A DNA stretch of 64,000 nt from Kangiellaceae bacterium (GCA_965230335.1 CBDDKS010000006.1:1569321-1633320), one strand, 5' to 3'. Counted from the first letter of the stretch, positions 9,573 through 20,331 are shown. Notes: generated by a model from the sequence alone, not told the origin. Program-made: numbers and translations.

Positions 9573-10169
9573 ATGAAACAATTAATCACTGCTGTTGTAT
9601 TAAGTTTAATGGCAAGTATCAGTTTTGCTGGTGTTAAAGCGGGTCAAAAAGCACCTGACTTCACTTTAACCGATACCCATGGTAAAACACATTCATTATC
9701 AGATTTTAAAGGTAAATACACAGTTATTGAGTGGACAAATTATGACTGTCCTTTTGTTAAGAAGCACTACAAAGAAGGGCATATGCAGAAATTACAGAAA
9801 GAGCTTACTGCAAAAAATATCGTTTGGTTATCTGTTAATTCTTCAGCAAAAGGTAAGCAAGGTCAGTTTTCTGATCATGAAGCGAACAATCGAATGGAAA
9901 AAATGAATGCGAAACCTACTGCATATTTACAAGATATCAGTGGTAAAGTCGGTAAACTTTATAGTGCAAAATCAACACCACAAATGTTTGTATTAGATAA
10001 AAACCATAAAGTGGTTTATGCTGGTGCAATTGATAGCATTCGTTCAGCAAAAACAAAAGATATTTCTAAAGCAACTAACTATGTTAAGCAAGCATTAAAT
10101 GAAGTTATGAATGGACAGAAAGTTTCTGTCGATTTTACACCGTCTTATGGCTGCTCTGTAAAATACTAA
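9573..10169 (+). CDS. Secreted thioredoxin-fold (redoxin-family) protein.
   Basis: Signal peptide MKQLITAVVLSLMASISFA. The motif APDFTL.D..GK...LSDFKGKYTVIEWTNYDCPFV is typical of redoxin/AhpC-TSA-like proteins. GAGGAG lies 7 nt upstream of the ATG. Confidence 0.6.
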   Translation: MKQLITAVVLSLMASISFAGVKAGQKAPDFTLTDTHGKTHSLSDFKGKYTVIEWTNYDCPFVKKHYKEGHMQKLQKELTAKNIVWLSVNSSAKGKQGQFSDHEANNRMEKMNAKPTAYLQDISGKVGKLYSAKSTPQMFVLDKNHKVVYAGAIDSIRSAKTKDISKATNYVKQALNEVMNGQKVSVDFTPSYGCSVKY

Positions 10170-10187
10170 TTAAAAAGTATTTCATTA

Positions 10188-10226
10188 AAACCCTATGATT
10201 TATTTTAAATCATAGGGTTTTTTATT
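10188..10226 (+). terminator. Rho-independent terminator.
   Basis: AAACCCTATGATT-loop-AATCATAGGGTTT followed by TTTTATTTG. Confidence 0.6.
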
Positions 10227-10302
10227 TGTTTCCATCGAAGTTTATTGGTAGTCTAAATAACCTCGAATAGATGATCAAACATTTATAAATGTGAGGCAGA
10301 CT

Positions 10303-11355
10303 ATGCAATATCAAAAATTAGGAAGTAGTGACATCAATGTATCTGAAGTATGTTTGGGAACAATGACATTTGGGGAGCAAACAGATTTAAGCGATGCTCA
10401 CCAACAAATGGATTATGCTTTTAATCAGGGTGTGAATTTTTTTGATACAGCTGAGATGTACGCTGTACCTCCTAAGCCACAAACTCAAGGAGCAACAGAG
10501 GAAATCATGGGCAAATGGTTTGCAAACAATTCAGAAAAACGTGAAAAGATTATTGTGGCTACAAAAATTGCCGGTCCTGGTGTTTCCTGGATTAGAGAAG
10601 GTGCGCCTATTTCAGCAGAATCTATTTTTATGGCAGTTGAACAGTCTCTCGCCAGACTGCAATTGGATTATATTGATTTATATCAACTACACTGGCCTAA
10701 TCGAACAAGTCCTCATTTTTCAAAGCATTGGCCGGGAATGGTTGATCATAGTCAGGTTGATACAGAGAAAGCACGCTCTGAAAAACGAGAAATCTTACAG
10801 GCATTGGATGAATGTATAAAGGCTGGAAAAATACGTTATGTTGGTTTATCCAATGAAACACCTTGGGGTATTAAGGAATATCTTCAGATTGCCAGGCAGT
10901 ATAATTTACCTGAAGTTATTTCAACACAACATGAATTTAGTTTATTGCACCTAAAGGATATTCCTTATGTACTGGAAACCTGCGTTCTGGATAACGTGGC
11001 TTATTTACCCTGGTCACCATTAGCGGGTGGTGCTTTAACTGGAAAATATCGTCATGGTCAACGACCAGAAAATTGTCGTTGGTCTATGTCACAGCGTAAT
11101 GGTTTATTTCGAGATACAACAAGAACAGAATCTGCTATTGATGCTTTTTATGAAGTGGCGGCCAAGCACCGTATGACATTGACTGCACTATCACTTGCCT
11201 GGGTTTATCAATATCCAGGTGTGGCCTCTACCATTATTGGAGCCAGTAATATTACACAATTACATGAAAATCTGGCGGCATATGATATTGAGTTAACGAA
11301 AGAGATATTAAAGGATATCGATGCTGTTATTCGGCAGTTTCCTTTGCCTTTTTGA
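10303..11355 (+). CDS. tas: NADP(H)-dependent aldo-keto reductase, Tas-like.
   Basis: Throughout its length it resembles E. coli Tas (MQYHRIPHSSLEVSTLGLGTMTFGEQ...). Shared segments include MQYQKLGSSDINVSEVCLGTMTFGEQ, LYQLHWPNR and GKIRYVGLSNET. Confidence 0.85.
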   Translation: MQYQKLGSSDINVSEVCLGTMTFGEQTDLSDAHQQMDYAFNQGVNFFDTAEMYAVPPKPQTQGATEEIMGKWFANNSEKREKIIVATKIAGPGVSWIREGAPISAESIFMAVEQSLARLQLDYIDLYQLHWPNRTSPHFSKHWPGMVDHSQVDTEKARSEKREILQALDECIKAGKIRYVGLSNETPWGIKEYLQIARQYNLPEVISTQHEFSLLHLKDIPYVLETCVLDNVAYLPWSPLAGGALTGKYRHGQRPENCRWSMSQRNGLFRDTTRTESAIDAFYEVAAKHRMTLTALSLAWVYQYPGVASTIIGASNITQLHENLAAYDIELTKEILKDIDAVIRQFPLPF

Positions 11356-11526
11356 GTAAAATAGTCTGACTCAGTTATATGTAGTTGAGGTTATTCACAT
11401 CTTTTTTCAAACCATTTGAATATAGAGATAAATTTTTAAATAATTTAAGACAAAAGGATTTATTTTTGACAGTTTTTGTGATTCTGACTAAGTTTAAATA
11501 AAAGAGCATACTTTTTTGTCATTTTG

Positions 11527-12117
11527 ATGACAAAAATATTAATTTATAAGGTTGGTTTTATGGCGTTAATCAGTAAGTTTATTTTTTTAAGTGGTTTACT
11601 GTTGTTTATATCAACGGGGATAGCATATCAGGATAATAAAAAAATATTGGATAAAAGTGATACAAGCTTACGGAAAACGAACTTATCACTATTAACAAAA
11701 ACAAATAGATTAATAAAAAAGGACAGATTACATGTTTTACAAAAGGAAACACAGCAGCTCTTAAAACAAAATACAAACTATCATTGGAGCAAATTTAATA
11801 AATGGCAAATACCCTATAAAAATATTTCAAATGCACATTTGTTGGATATGGTTTATACCGAGTTGATGAAAATAAAACGGTCTTATACTTCTGCAGAAAT
11901 ATTAACGATAAAAATTATTAATCATTCAGATAATAAAAGGTCGGTATTATCAGAAATTATGATTACACTTGAAAAGGAATCATCAGGTATTAAAGAAACA
12001 CAAGTCATTTTATCAAAAATACGTCATCACGAATTTAATGGAACGATTTTAAAATCTGAACAAAAAGATTTGATATTAACATCATCCATAACACGCTTTG
12101 TTACAGCAACTAAGTAA
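11527..12117 (+). CDS. Hypothetical Lys-rich protein with an N-terminal hydrophobic segment.
   Basis: ORF only. No domain recognised. Confidence 0.35.
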   Translation: MTKILIYKVGFMALISKFIFLSGLLLFISTGIAYQDNKKILDKSDTSLRKTNLSLLTKTNRLIKKDRLHVLQKETQQLLKQNTNYHWSKFNKWQIPYKNISNAHLLDMVYTELMKIKRSYTSAEILTIKIINHSDNKRSVLSEIMITLEKESSGIKETQVILSKIRHHEFNGTILKSEQKDLILTSSITRFVTATK

Positions 12118-12176
12118 TATAATCTGAATTCTGGATAATATAAGTTAAATAAGATAGTATTTAGATGAGATAATAT

Positions 12177-12761
12177 TTAATGGGTTGGATGTTTTTTCTC
12201 AATAATTTGGCAATTATTAATTTCATTGGCTTGCAATCGATGACGAACCGATTCGGCTTTACGTTTCTTTAAAAAGGGACCTAATTGTACCCGATGCCAT
12301 TCTCCCTGGTTATTGGAAATCACAATTTCTGCGTTAAAACCGGATAATGCAATTTTTGCTTTTAAGGATTCAGCACGTTCTTTTTTTCTAAAAGAACCAC
12401 AGGGCATCATATAAAATTTATTAGAAGATTCATTTGTTTTAAGTTGATCTTTAGGAATGGTAACTTCCTGACTTTGTAAAATATCATGATACTCATACTC
12501 TAATGGTGATAGCTGATCTTCTGTGATGATCTCTTCTTGATTATCAGTGGGTACTTTATTGTCGGGTAATGTGTTGATTTGTTCAGGTTGTGACTTTTGA
12601 ATAACTTCAGGTCGCCACTTTAAATAAATTAAAAAGGCAATTAGCAAGCCAATAATGATGCCTGTACTTAATATTAAAGGCAAAGACAGTGGTTTTTGTT
12701 TTTTTGTTGCACCACTTCGTTTTCGCCTTTTGGTCTTTTGTTTAGAATAATCTCTTGACAT
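12177..12761 (-). CDS. SPOR domain-containing membrane protein (DedD/FtsN-like).
   Basis: N-terminal TM segment. The C-terminal SPOR-like segment is YMMPCGSFRKKERAESLKAKIALSGFNAEIV...WHRVQLGPF. It lies downstream of argS on the same strand. Confidence 0.65.
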   Translation of the reverse strand: MSRDYSKQKTKRRKRSGATKKQKPLSLPLILSTGIIIGLLIAFLIYLKWRPEVIQKSQPEQINTLPDNKVPTDNQEEIITEDQLSPLEYEYHDILQSQEVTIPKDQLKTNESSNKFYMMPCGSFRKKERAESLKAKIALSGFNAEIVISNNQGEWHRVQLGPFLKKRKAESVRHRLQANEINNCQIIEKKHPTH

Positions 12762-12792
12762 AATAGTGAATAAAATTTCCAGATAATGGATA

Positions 12793-14496
12793 TTACATAC
12801 TTTCAGGGGCAGAGATACCTAACAGATCCAAACCATTGGCTAAAATTTGTTTTGCTGCACAGATTAAACACAAGCGAGCTTGACATAGTTCATGATCATC
12901 CATAATCCATCGATGTTCAGTATGTTCATTGCCAGCCTGGTAATAACTATGAATGTCTGTAGCCAGTTCTCTCAGATAATGTGCAACACTATGAGGTTCG
13001 TATTGAATTGCAGCCTGGCGAACCAGTGTTTGATATTGTCTCAATCGATCCAATAATTTTATTTCAGCATCTAACGTGAGTTTGCTTAAATGTAAATAAC
13101 CGGTATCTTTATTGAAAGCAATATTGTGCTCCGGTAGTTTTCTAAATGCACTACAGATACGTGCATGAGCATACTGAATATAGTACACAGGATTTTCATT
13201 GGTTTGTGAACGTGCCAAATCAATATCAAAAGTGAGCTGTGAATCGGGTCTTCGGGCAACAAGAAAATAACGGGTTGCATCACATCCCACTTCATCAATT
13301 AAATCACGTAAAGTAACATAACTGCCGGCGCGTTTAGCAATTTTCACTTCTTCTCCACCACGCATCACGGTAACCATTTGATGTAAGACATAAGAAGGAT
13401 AACCTTGAGGAATATCTTTTTCTAATGCCTGCAGGCCAGCTCTGACACGTGTAATAGTACTATGGTGGTCGGCGCCCTGCTCATTAATAACGGATTTAAA
13501 ACCTCTTTGCCATTTATTTAAATGATAGGCGACATCAGGTACAAAATAAGTGTAATGTCCATCTGCTTTACGCATAACACGATCTTTATCGTCACCAAAT
13601 TCGGTTGTTTTTAACCAGAGAGCCTGGTCTTTTTCATAAGTATGACCATTATCCATCAATGTTTTAACAATCGATTCAACGGAACCATCTTTATAGAGAT
13701 CAGATTCCAGAAAATAAACATCAAAATCTATAGAGAATGCCTTAAGATCCAAATCCTGTTCATGTCTTAAGTAGGTAACAGAAAACTCCTGGATAGCTTG
13801 CAAGTTATCGATATCGCCTTGAGCAGTGATGTGTTTATCAACCGATTCGACGGTATCCTTTTTAAGATAAGATTGAGCTATATCAGCAATATAATCACCT
13901 TTATACCAGTCATCCTGCCATTGTGCAGAATCTGGTGTTATATCTTTGCAACGTGCCTGAACAGATAAGGCCAGGTTTTTAATTTGTTGTCCGGCATCAT
14001 TATAGTAAAATTCTCTTGTGACATCCCAACCACTGTTTTGGAGTAAACGGCAAATGGAATCACCTATAACAGCACCACGACCATGTCCAACATGTAATGG
14101 TCCAGTAGGGTTTGCTGAAACAAACTCCACTTGTATGGGCTGTTGTTGGCCATCCTGGTTTTTTCCATAATCACAGCCAATCTCCAGGATATCTTTTATA
14201 ATTTGTGTTTGTGCAGATTGGGATAAAAAGAAATTAATAAAACCAGGACCTGCAATTTCAGTTTTATCAAGAATATCGGCATCCTTAATAGCATTGATGA
14301 TTTCCTGAGCCATATCACGTGGCGCATAGCCTGCTTTCTTTGACAGCATCATAGCCAGATTCGTTGCAAAATCACCATGTGATTTTTCCTTAGTATAGTT
14401 TAAATGAATCTCTACAGAGAGATCTTCAGGCAATATGTTGTCTTGTTTCAGTTGCTTTACAGCATCTTCAAGTAATTTTTGTAAGATAGATTTCAT
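12793..14496 (-). CDS. argS: Arginine--tRNA ligase.
   Basis: HIGH motif (PTGPLHVGHGRG). N-terminal Arg-tRNA-synthetase domain. DALR anticodon-binding tail. The length is 567 aa. Confidence 0.95.
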   Translation of the reverse strand: MKSILQKLLEDAVKQLKQDNILPEDLSVEIHLNYTKEKSHGDFATNLAMMLSKKAGYAPRDMAQEIINAIKDADILDKTEIAGPGFINFFLSQSAQTQIIKDILEIGCDYGKNQDGQQQPIQVEFVSANPTGPLHVGHGRGAVIGDSICRLLQNSGWDVTREFYYNDAGQQIKNLALSVQARCKDITPDSAQWQDDWYKGDYIADIAQSYLKKDTVESVDKHITAQGDIDNLQAIQEFSVTYLRHEQDLDLKAFSIDFDVYFLESDLYKDGSVESIVKTLMDNGHTYEKDQALWLKTTEFGDDKDRVMRKADGHYTYFVPDVAYHLNKWQRGFKSVINEQGADHHSTITRVRAGLQALEKDIPQGYPSYVLHQMVTVMRGGEEVKIAKRAGSYVTLRDLIDEVGCDATRYFLVARRPDSQLTFDIDLARSQTNENPVYYIQYAHARICSAFRKLPEHNIAFNKDTGYLHLSKLTLDAEIKLLDRLRQYQTLVRQAAIQYEPHSVAHYLRELATDIHSYYQAGNEHTEHRWIMDDHELCQARLCLICAAKQILANGLDLLGISAPESM

Positions 14497-14792
14497 TCAT
14501 CAAATCGTAAATAGGTAAAATAACTATTATGCTTGATTCTTGATAAAATTTCGAGCACAAAAGTTTTCTATCTTAAAGAATAAGTTGGGTATGGATGTGT
14601 AAACCTAATATCAAAGCACTACGTCTACCCATGGAGTATCCAAGAATGCCTGTTTTGGTGGTGATGATAGGTATAATTTAAGAGGTTCCAGGTAATGTGG
14701 CAAGATGTGATTCAACTTTAATGTATCATCATTTCTCATTATGATAAGCTTTCAATATCTGTGCTCATTGAGGTTATGAGAGATTTTCAATC

Positions 14793-15932
14793 ATGGTGCC
14801 ATTAGAAGACAATAATCCATTAAATGAAAAGCGACAAGAGATTGATCAACTGGATAAAGCCCTTGTCGAATTATTGGTAAAACGTAGCCAGTTGGTCAAA
14901 GAAGTTGCCGATATTAAAAGTCAGTCAAGCCGGCGTCTTTATGAACCAGAACGTGAAGATGAGTTGATTTCCCAACGTCGGCAAGAAGCATCAAATTCCA
15001 ATTTATCACCGAAGTTAATTGAAGATTTATTAAGACGTGTTATGCGGGATTCTTATCAACTGCAATCACAACAAGGTTATGCAAAAGTCACATCGAATTG
15101 TGAAGAAGTAGTCATTATTGGTGGTCAAGGTGCGTTAGGTCAGTTATTTGTTCATTTATTTACTCATTCGGGTTATCAGGTACATATTGTAGAAAAGGAT
15201 AATTGGCACCAGGCAGAAGATTATTTTGCCAGAGCCGGTTTGGTCATTGTTGCTGTTCCCATTGAAATAACGTCGTCTGTCATTAAAAAATTGACCAAAT
15301 TACCTAAAGATTGTGTTCTGGCAGATTTAACCAGTATCAAACAACAGCCTCTTAAAGACATGCTCTCTGTTCATTCGGGTCCTGTTGTTGGATTACATCC
15401 CATGTTTGGACCGGATATTCACCATTTGGCGAAGCAGTTGATTATTGTTTGTGAAGGGAGATTCGCACCGGCTTACCAATGGTTAATTGAACAACTGAAA
15501 ATTTGGGGGGCCCATTGTTATGAGACATCGGCAGACAGTCATGATAAGGCGATGGCCAGTATCCAGTCTTTACGACATTTTACAACCTATGTGTATGGGC
15601 TGTATTTATTTCATCAGGAGTTGAATGTTAAAGAATTATTGGATATGAGCTCACCAATTTATCGTCTGGAATTAACTATGGTAGGCCGATTATTTGCACA
15701 AAACCCAGAGCTTTATGCAGATATATTAATGTCATCAGAAAATAATCTGGCTTTGGCAAAACAATTTTATAATACGATGGGAGAAGTCATTCAGTTAATT
15801 GAAACAAAAGATAAAAAACAATTTGTGGATAATTTTAATAAAATAAACGAATGGTTTGGCGCATTTACACAGATATTTTTGGAAGAAAGTAGAGAGTTAT
15901 TACAGATGGCAAAAGATAGAGAACATGAATAA
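14793..15932 (+). CDS. tyrA: Bifunctional chorismate mutase / prephenate dehydrogenase (T-protein).
   Basis: N-terminal AroQ chorismate mutase helix ([33 protein letters not shown]). Rossmann fold GGQGALGQ. Prephenate dehydrogenase domain. Confidence 0.9.
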   Translation: MVPLEDNNPLNEKRQEIDQLDKALVELLVKRSQLVKEVADIKSQSSRRLYEPEREDELISQRRQEASNSNLSPKLIEDLLRRVMRDSYQLQSQQGYAKVTSNCEEVVIIGGQGALGQLFVHLFTHSGYQVHIVEKDNWHQAEDYFARAGLVIVAVPIEITSSVIKKLTKLPKDCVLADLTSIKQQPLKDMLSVHSGPVVGLHPMFGPDIHHLAKQLIIVCEGRFAPAYQWLIEQLKIWGAHCYETSADSHDKAMASIQSLRHFTTYVYGLYLFHQELNVKELLDMSSPIYRLELTMVGRLFAQNPELYADILMSSENNLALAKQFYNTMGEVIQLIETKDKKQFVDNFNKINEWFGAFTQIFLEESRELLQMAKDREHE

Positions 15933-15989
15933 TTAATCTTAGTTCTGGATAAGAAAAGCTGCTCAGTGTTAAAAGATAAACAGCCCCTA

Positions 15990-16022
15990 AAAAAGCCCTA
16001 AAAATATTTAGGGCTTTTTTAG
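15990..16022. terminator. Bidirectional rho-independent terminator between the convergent tyrA and PstS-like genes.
   Basis: AAAAGCCCTAAA-loop-TTTAGGGCTTTTTT. Confidence 0.65.
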
Positions 16023-16045
16023 AGTTTTTTTACGGTATAAGTTAG

Positions 16046-16507
16046 TTAGAATTTAAATAAAACTTTTACACCTTCAGGTAGTTTTTTTGCTGTTTCAGAA
16101 TCAACAATACCTAATCCACCTTCATATTTAGCAATCAACTTTAATAGCATATTGGTTGATTTTACATTTCTTGGCGGTGTTTCCCCCGTCTTTTGTTTTA
16201 GGCCTAACCAATGTCGGGCTACAGCAGCAGAATCCATTTTTAATATATTTTTATTAAAAGCGGATGTTTCTGTACTACCTTTACCTCTATCAAAAGCATT
16301 TACTTTCTTGCCATTCGGCCAGGAAGAGGTTTGCTTTAAGAAGAGTTGCTTGACTTGATTTTTCATTACGGATGCATCAGCAGAATAATTATTGGATGCG
16401 TTCACAACGACGGCATAGGATTCTGAAAAAGCAGGTGATACGTAAAAGCTTAATACAAATAAAAAGCAAACTACAGAAAGGACTTTATAAGGACTATTCT
16501 TGATCAT
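16046..16507 (-). CDS. Short secreted PstS-like (PBP superfamily, phosphate-binding-like) protein.
   Basis: Signal peptide. The 153-aa size and the motifs YAVVVNASN...VKQLFLK...SWPNG and GGLGIV resemble short PhoT/PstS-family periplasmic domains. Confidence 0.45.
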   Translation of the reverse strand: MIKNSPYKVLSVVCFLFVLSFYVSPAFSESYAVVVNASNNYSADASVMKNQVKQLFLKQTSSWPNGKKVNAFDRGKGSTETSAFNKNILKMDSAAVARHWLGLKQKTGETPPRNVKSTNMLLKLIAKYEGGLGIVDSETAKKLPEGVKVLFKF

Positions 16508-16517
16508 GTCATTCTCC

Positions 16518-17825
16518 TTAGAAGCTTAACGTAGCAGAAAATTGTAAAATATTAACATCAGCAGAACCGGCATTAAATATAATGCTAGGTGTGCTGCTGT
16601 CGTTGTCGTCGTCAAATAAAGTCATACCCTCATCAATAGAGCGTACGGCATAAGTCGCTCTTAAACGCACATTAGGTAATGGTGTGTAATTAACACCAAA
16701 CATATTTTCTGTTTGATCACCAAATCCAGTGCCATTATCCAAAAAGTCGTATCGGTAGAAAATAGTCCATTCATTGGTTAGGCGCCAGGCTGGTTGAGTG
16801 TAATAGGCTTCTCTATCCAAGCCAGCATCTTCAGAGGTTGTAAAAAATTCTGTTTTCCATACCAGTTTACCTTTATCAATTAAGAAATCGATACCCGACA
16901 TAGTATAGCCCGTACTGGATGCTGCTGTTCGGTCACCCTTTGAGGCATTAATACCTATGGTCATTCCGGGTTGATCTAAGGTATAAGCTAAACGACCACC
17001 AAAAATTTGTTCGCCAGTATTACCTGCAAATTCAGAAACATAAAGATTGTATTGAATCGAGTTACCATTATTCTGGAAGTTTTTACCATGTATTTGCGCA
17101 CCGTTCACAAAATTAGGAAAAATCGTTTGTCCACCAAAGGGTCGTAAAAATAGAGGTTGTTCTGTATCTAACAGCACGGCAGGAAAATGTTCAATATTGA
17201 TAATGCCGTGTGGTGTAATGAAACGGCCAAATTGAAAATTTAACAAGTCGTTATGTTTATAGTTTGCCCAAGCGATAACTTGAGGTGTCTTACCAACTTG
17301 ACTAAAGGCTGGTTGTCTTCGTAGTCCTGGGTCAGTAAAATTCACACCAGATTCACGAATAAATGCCTGTGCAATAAAGGCCGACCATTTTTCACTGAAA
17401 TCGACACGCACCAGTAATTCAAAAATATTTCTGTTGAAAGACTGTGCACTACCATCTTCACCGTCAGCATAAGTAAAAGTTGAATGTAAAAAACCACCCA
17501 TATCCACACTCATACCCTCAAAGGCGTTGATGACATCTCGACTGCCAACACGTTCATCTACATCATAAACAGCTTCCTCAATTTCGTCGATTCGATCAGG
17601 ATCTGTTTTTGATTCCAGTTGTTTGACTTTTTCTTTCAGCGCTTTAATGTCTTTATTGAGTTGTTCTACTTCTTTCTCAATTTGTTGGTTTGCATAATTA
17701 GGCATTGAAACAAAAGGTATCGATATTAAAAATAATATACTTAATATCCAGTATTTCTGATGGTTCAGTTGCCCTCGGAATATACTATTGACTGTATATT
17801 TTGGTGTTAAACACGGTTTTCTCAT
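16518..17825 (-). CDS. Outer-membrane porin with an N-terminal coiled-coil, possibly a phosphate-selective OprO/P-like porin.
   Basis: Probable ATG at 17825, giving a signal peptide (the track's TTG at 17891 adds 22 aa). Coiled coil QQIEKEVEQLNKDIKALKEKVKQLESK. Beta-strand-rich body with a C-terminal aromatic end (...SATLSF). It is co-oriented with the PstS-like gene. Confidence 0.5.
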   Translation of the reverse strand: MRKPCLTPKYTVNSIFRGQLNHQKYWILSILFLISIPFVSMPNYANQQIEKEVEQLNKDIKALKEKVKQLESKTDPDRIDEIEEAVYDVDERVGSRDVINAFEGMSVDMGGFLHSTFTYADGEDGSAQSFNRNIFELLVRVDFSEKWSAFIAQAFIRESGVNFTDPGLRRQPAFSQVGKTPQVIAWANYKHNDLLNFQFGRFITPHGIINIEHFPAVLLDTEQPLFLRPFGGQTIFPNFVNGAQIHGKNFQNNGNSIQYNLYVSEFAGNTGEQIFGGRLAYTLDQPGMTIGINASKGDRTAASSTGYTMSGIDFLIDKGKLVWKTEFFTTSEDAGLDREAYYTQPAWRLTNEWTIFYRYDFLDNGTGFGDQTENMFGVNYTPLPNVRLRATYAVRSIDEGMTLFDDDNDSSTPSIIFNAGSADVNILQFSATLSF

Positions 17826-18084
17826 AGGATGCTCACTCTTTCTAATTGTTGATTTACAAAGGTGCACAGTAATTATAGATATGTTGTACAAAAATATAAT
17901 TTTTTATGAAAATTTAACGCACAATTCGATACCGATTTATCTGATATTTTGATAAAGCGATATTTTGTAATATCAATATCGCTTTTATAACAGTGATTAA
18001 AAAGTGGTCTATACTTTGATTAAGGTCATCTTATATTGAGTTTATAAACTACATAGCTTTTGTAGGATATTAAAACATGTCGTT

Positions 18085-20331
18085 ATGAAACTAAGAGCAA
18101 AAACGCTTTTACAGTTTAATTTGGGTTTATTGTTGCTCATCATACAGGCACTGATAGTGGGTTACTTTATTAATATAAGTAAACTGTCATCAGTCAAAGT
18201 TAATAATACGCTTGCTATAAAAGTACTTCTTGAAAAGCAGCATGAGAATTTAAACAATATGGAAATAGAACTGAATGATTTGGAATCGGCAAATAATATT
18301 TCTGAAAAAATAGATATCATTAATGTTTATTGGCAGGAAGCAGATAAAAATCATATTGAATTTATCTCAAAAGATGGATTGTTTGAAACATTTAGTTTTT
18401 CTTCTGAATTTAAAAATGAAAAAGGGGATGATTTTAAAGTATTTAATCCAGAAACTTATAAAGATAAATTTGCCAAATTTAAATCCGAATATGAAAGATT
18501 TCTAAATTTAAAACAATCAAAGGCAGATGAATTAGATATATTAGAACAAGGCTTTATATTACTGGAGGAAATTAGCACAGTGAGTCAAGAAATCAATCTT
18601 GCACAAATTAATATTCAGGAGTCATTGAAATCAGCGTTAGATGAACAAAATAAAAATCTGGATATACCCATAGAAGCTTCTTATATTGTGTGTTTAATTG
18701 CGGGTATTATCATCTCTTTTATGGGATGGTTATTTTCCAAAAAATTAACTCGTCCCATAGAATCATTGGATAATAGTCTAAAAGAAATTGCAGATGGAAA
18801 AATAGATGGTAAACAATTAGATGTTTTATCAAAGGATGAGCTAGGCAGCTTGGCAACATCCTATAATAAAATGCAGAAAAATCTTCAGGAAAGAATTGAA
18901 AGTGATAAAAAGATTGCCAGAGAAAATCAAAGAGTTTTAGAGGCGCTTAATAAAGCAACAGCTAATATTGTATTAACTGATAATGAAGGTCAAATTATTT
19001 ATTATAATCTGGCGGCAAAGTTACTTTTTGAAAATACAAAAGTATCTTTCGAGTTAAATAATAGAGATTTTGATCCTGATTCATTAAAAGGTATGTCGAT
19101 TAATTCACTATGTGAGCAGTTTGTAGTTCAAAATATTTCATGTGAAACTATTAGAGAATTTTCAATTGGTGAGCATTCTTTTAAAGTCATTGCTAATCCT
19201 GTGTTGAATGCATCAGAAAAATTAATTGGCGTTATTTTTGAATGGCAGGATAGAACAGTAGAAATCTGTATAGAGCAGGAAATACAATCTATAGTAAAAG
19301 CTGCATCATCTGGCAATTTAACGCAACGTATTCATTTAGATGATAAAGAAGGGTTTTTCCATATACTGGGAGAGAATGTGAATATGCTGGTTAATGTTAT
19401 GGAAAAAATAACCAAAGATACCATTAATATTTTTGAATCATTAGCATCAGGAAATCTTAAAGAAAAAATAAAGGATGATTATAAAGGTGCTTTTGAAAGA
19501 ATAAAAAATAATGCTAATGCAACAATTTTTAAACTAACTGGTGTGGTTAATAAAATTCAACAGACATCAGATGTTGTGCATATTGGTGCACGTGACCTTG
19601 CCGTCAGCAATACCAATTTAAGTGACCGCACTGAACAACAGGCTGCCAGTCTTGAAAGAACAGCCAGTCGCATGGATGAGATTTCATCTATGGTACAGAA
19701 AACATCACAGCAATCCAGCCATGCTAATAACCTGGTTCTAGCTGCTCAGGAATATGCAACAGATGGTAATGAAGTGATTACAAGTACTATTGATGCCATG
19801 GAACAAATTAATTTATCCAGTGGAAAAATTTCAGAAATTATTGGCGTGATTGATGATATTGCATTTCAGACTAACTTATTAGCACTCAATGCTTCAGTTG
19901 AAGCGGCAAGAGCTGGAGAAGAAGGTAAAGGCTTTGCTGTGGTTGCAGGCGAGGTTCGTAACTTATCGGGTAGAAGTGCAAACGCTGCTAAAGAAATTAA
20001 GTTACTCATAGAAGACAGTATAGAAAAAGTAAAAGTGGGTTCTGATTTTGTTAATCAATCCAATAATGTATTAAATGAAATTATAGGAAGTATAGAAAAT
20101 ATAACAGAAATCGTTCGTGATATTTCTTCTTATGCACAGGAACAATCCATAGGTATTATCGAAATTCATGATGCTATTGAAAAGCTGGAATCATTAACTC
20201 AGCAAAATGCAGCTATGGTTGAAGAGGCTGCTGCAGCAAGTCATGAGATGGGAGAGCAGGCACAAGTACTAAATCAACTAGTGGATTTTTTCACGATAAA
20301 TAGTAAAAATAAAAAAATAGTCAATATGTAA
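18085..20331 (+). CDS. Methyl-accepting chemotaxis protein with two TM segments, a HAMP domain, two PAS-like modules and an MCP signalling domain.
   Basis: TM at about aa 10-30 and about aa 195-215. HAMP (LDNSLKEIADGKIDGK...LGSLATSYNKMQ). Highly conserved MCP signalling segment IDDIAFQTNLLALNASVEAARAGEEGKGFAVVAGEVRNL. Confidence 0.85.
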   Translation: MKLRAKTLLQFNLGLLLLIIQALIVGYFINISKLSSVKVNNTLAIKVLLEKQHENLNNMEIELNDLESANNISEKIDIINVYWQEADKNHIEFISKDGLFETFSFSSEFKNEKGDDFKVFNPETYKDKFAKFKSEYERFLNLKQSKADELDILEQGFILLEEISTVSQEINLAQINIQESLKSALDEQNKNLDIPIEASYIVCLIAGIIISFMGWLFSKKLTRPIESLDNSLKEIADGKIDGKQLDVLSKDELGSLATSYNKMQKNLQERIESDKKIARENQRVLEALNKATANIVLTDNEGQIIYYNLAAKLLFENTKVSFELNNRDFDPDSLKGMSINSLCEQFVVQNISCETIREFSIGEHSFKVIANPVLNASEKLIGVIFEWQDRTVEICIEQEIQSIVKAASSGNLTQRIHLDDKEGFFHILGENVNMLVNVMEKITKDTINIFESLASGNLKEKIKDDYKGAFERIKNNANATIFKLTGVVNKIQQTSDVVHIGARDLAVSNTNLSDRTEQQAASLERTASRMDEISSMVQKTSQQSSHANNLVLAAQEYATDGNEVITSTIDAMEQINLSSGKISEIIGVIDDIAFQTNLLALNASVEAARAGEEGKGFAVVAGEVRNLSGRSANAAKEIKLLIEDSIEKVKVGSDFVNQSNNVLNEIIGSIENITEIVRDISSYAQEQSIGIIEIHDAIEKLESLTQQNAAMVEEAAAASHEMGEQAQVLNQLVDFFTINSKNKKIVNM

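Noticed and set aside
10442-10819. 125-aa alternative-frame ORF inside the aldo-keto reductase gene.
   Set aside because: It lies wholly within the tas-like CDS, whose protein aligns with E. coli Tas along its full length.
14497-14792. Possible TyrR box upstream of tyrA (TGTAAACCTAATATCAAAGCA).
   Set aside because: It matches only one half-site of the TGTAAA-N6-TTTACA consensus, so there is no convincing palindrome.
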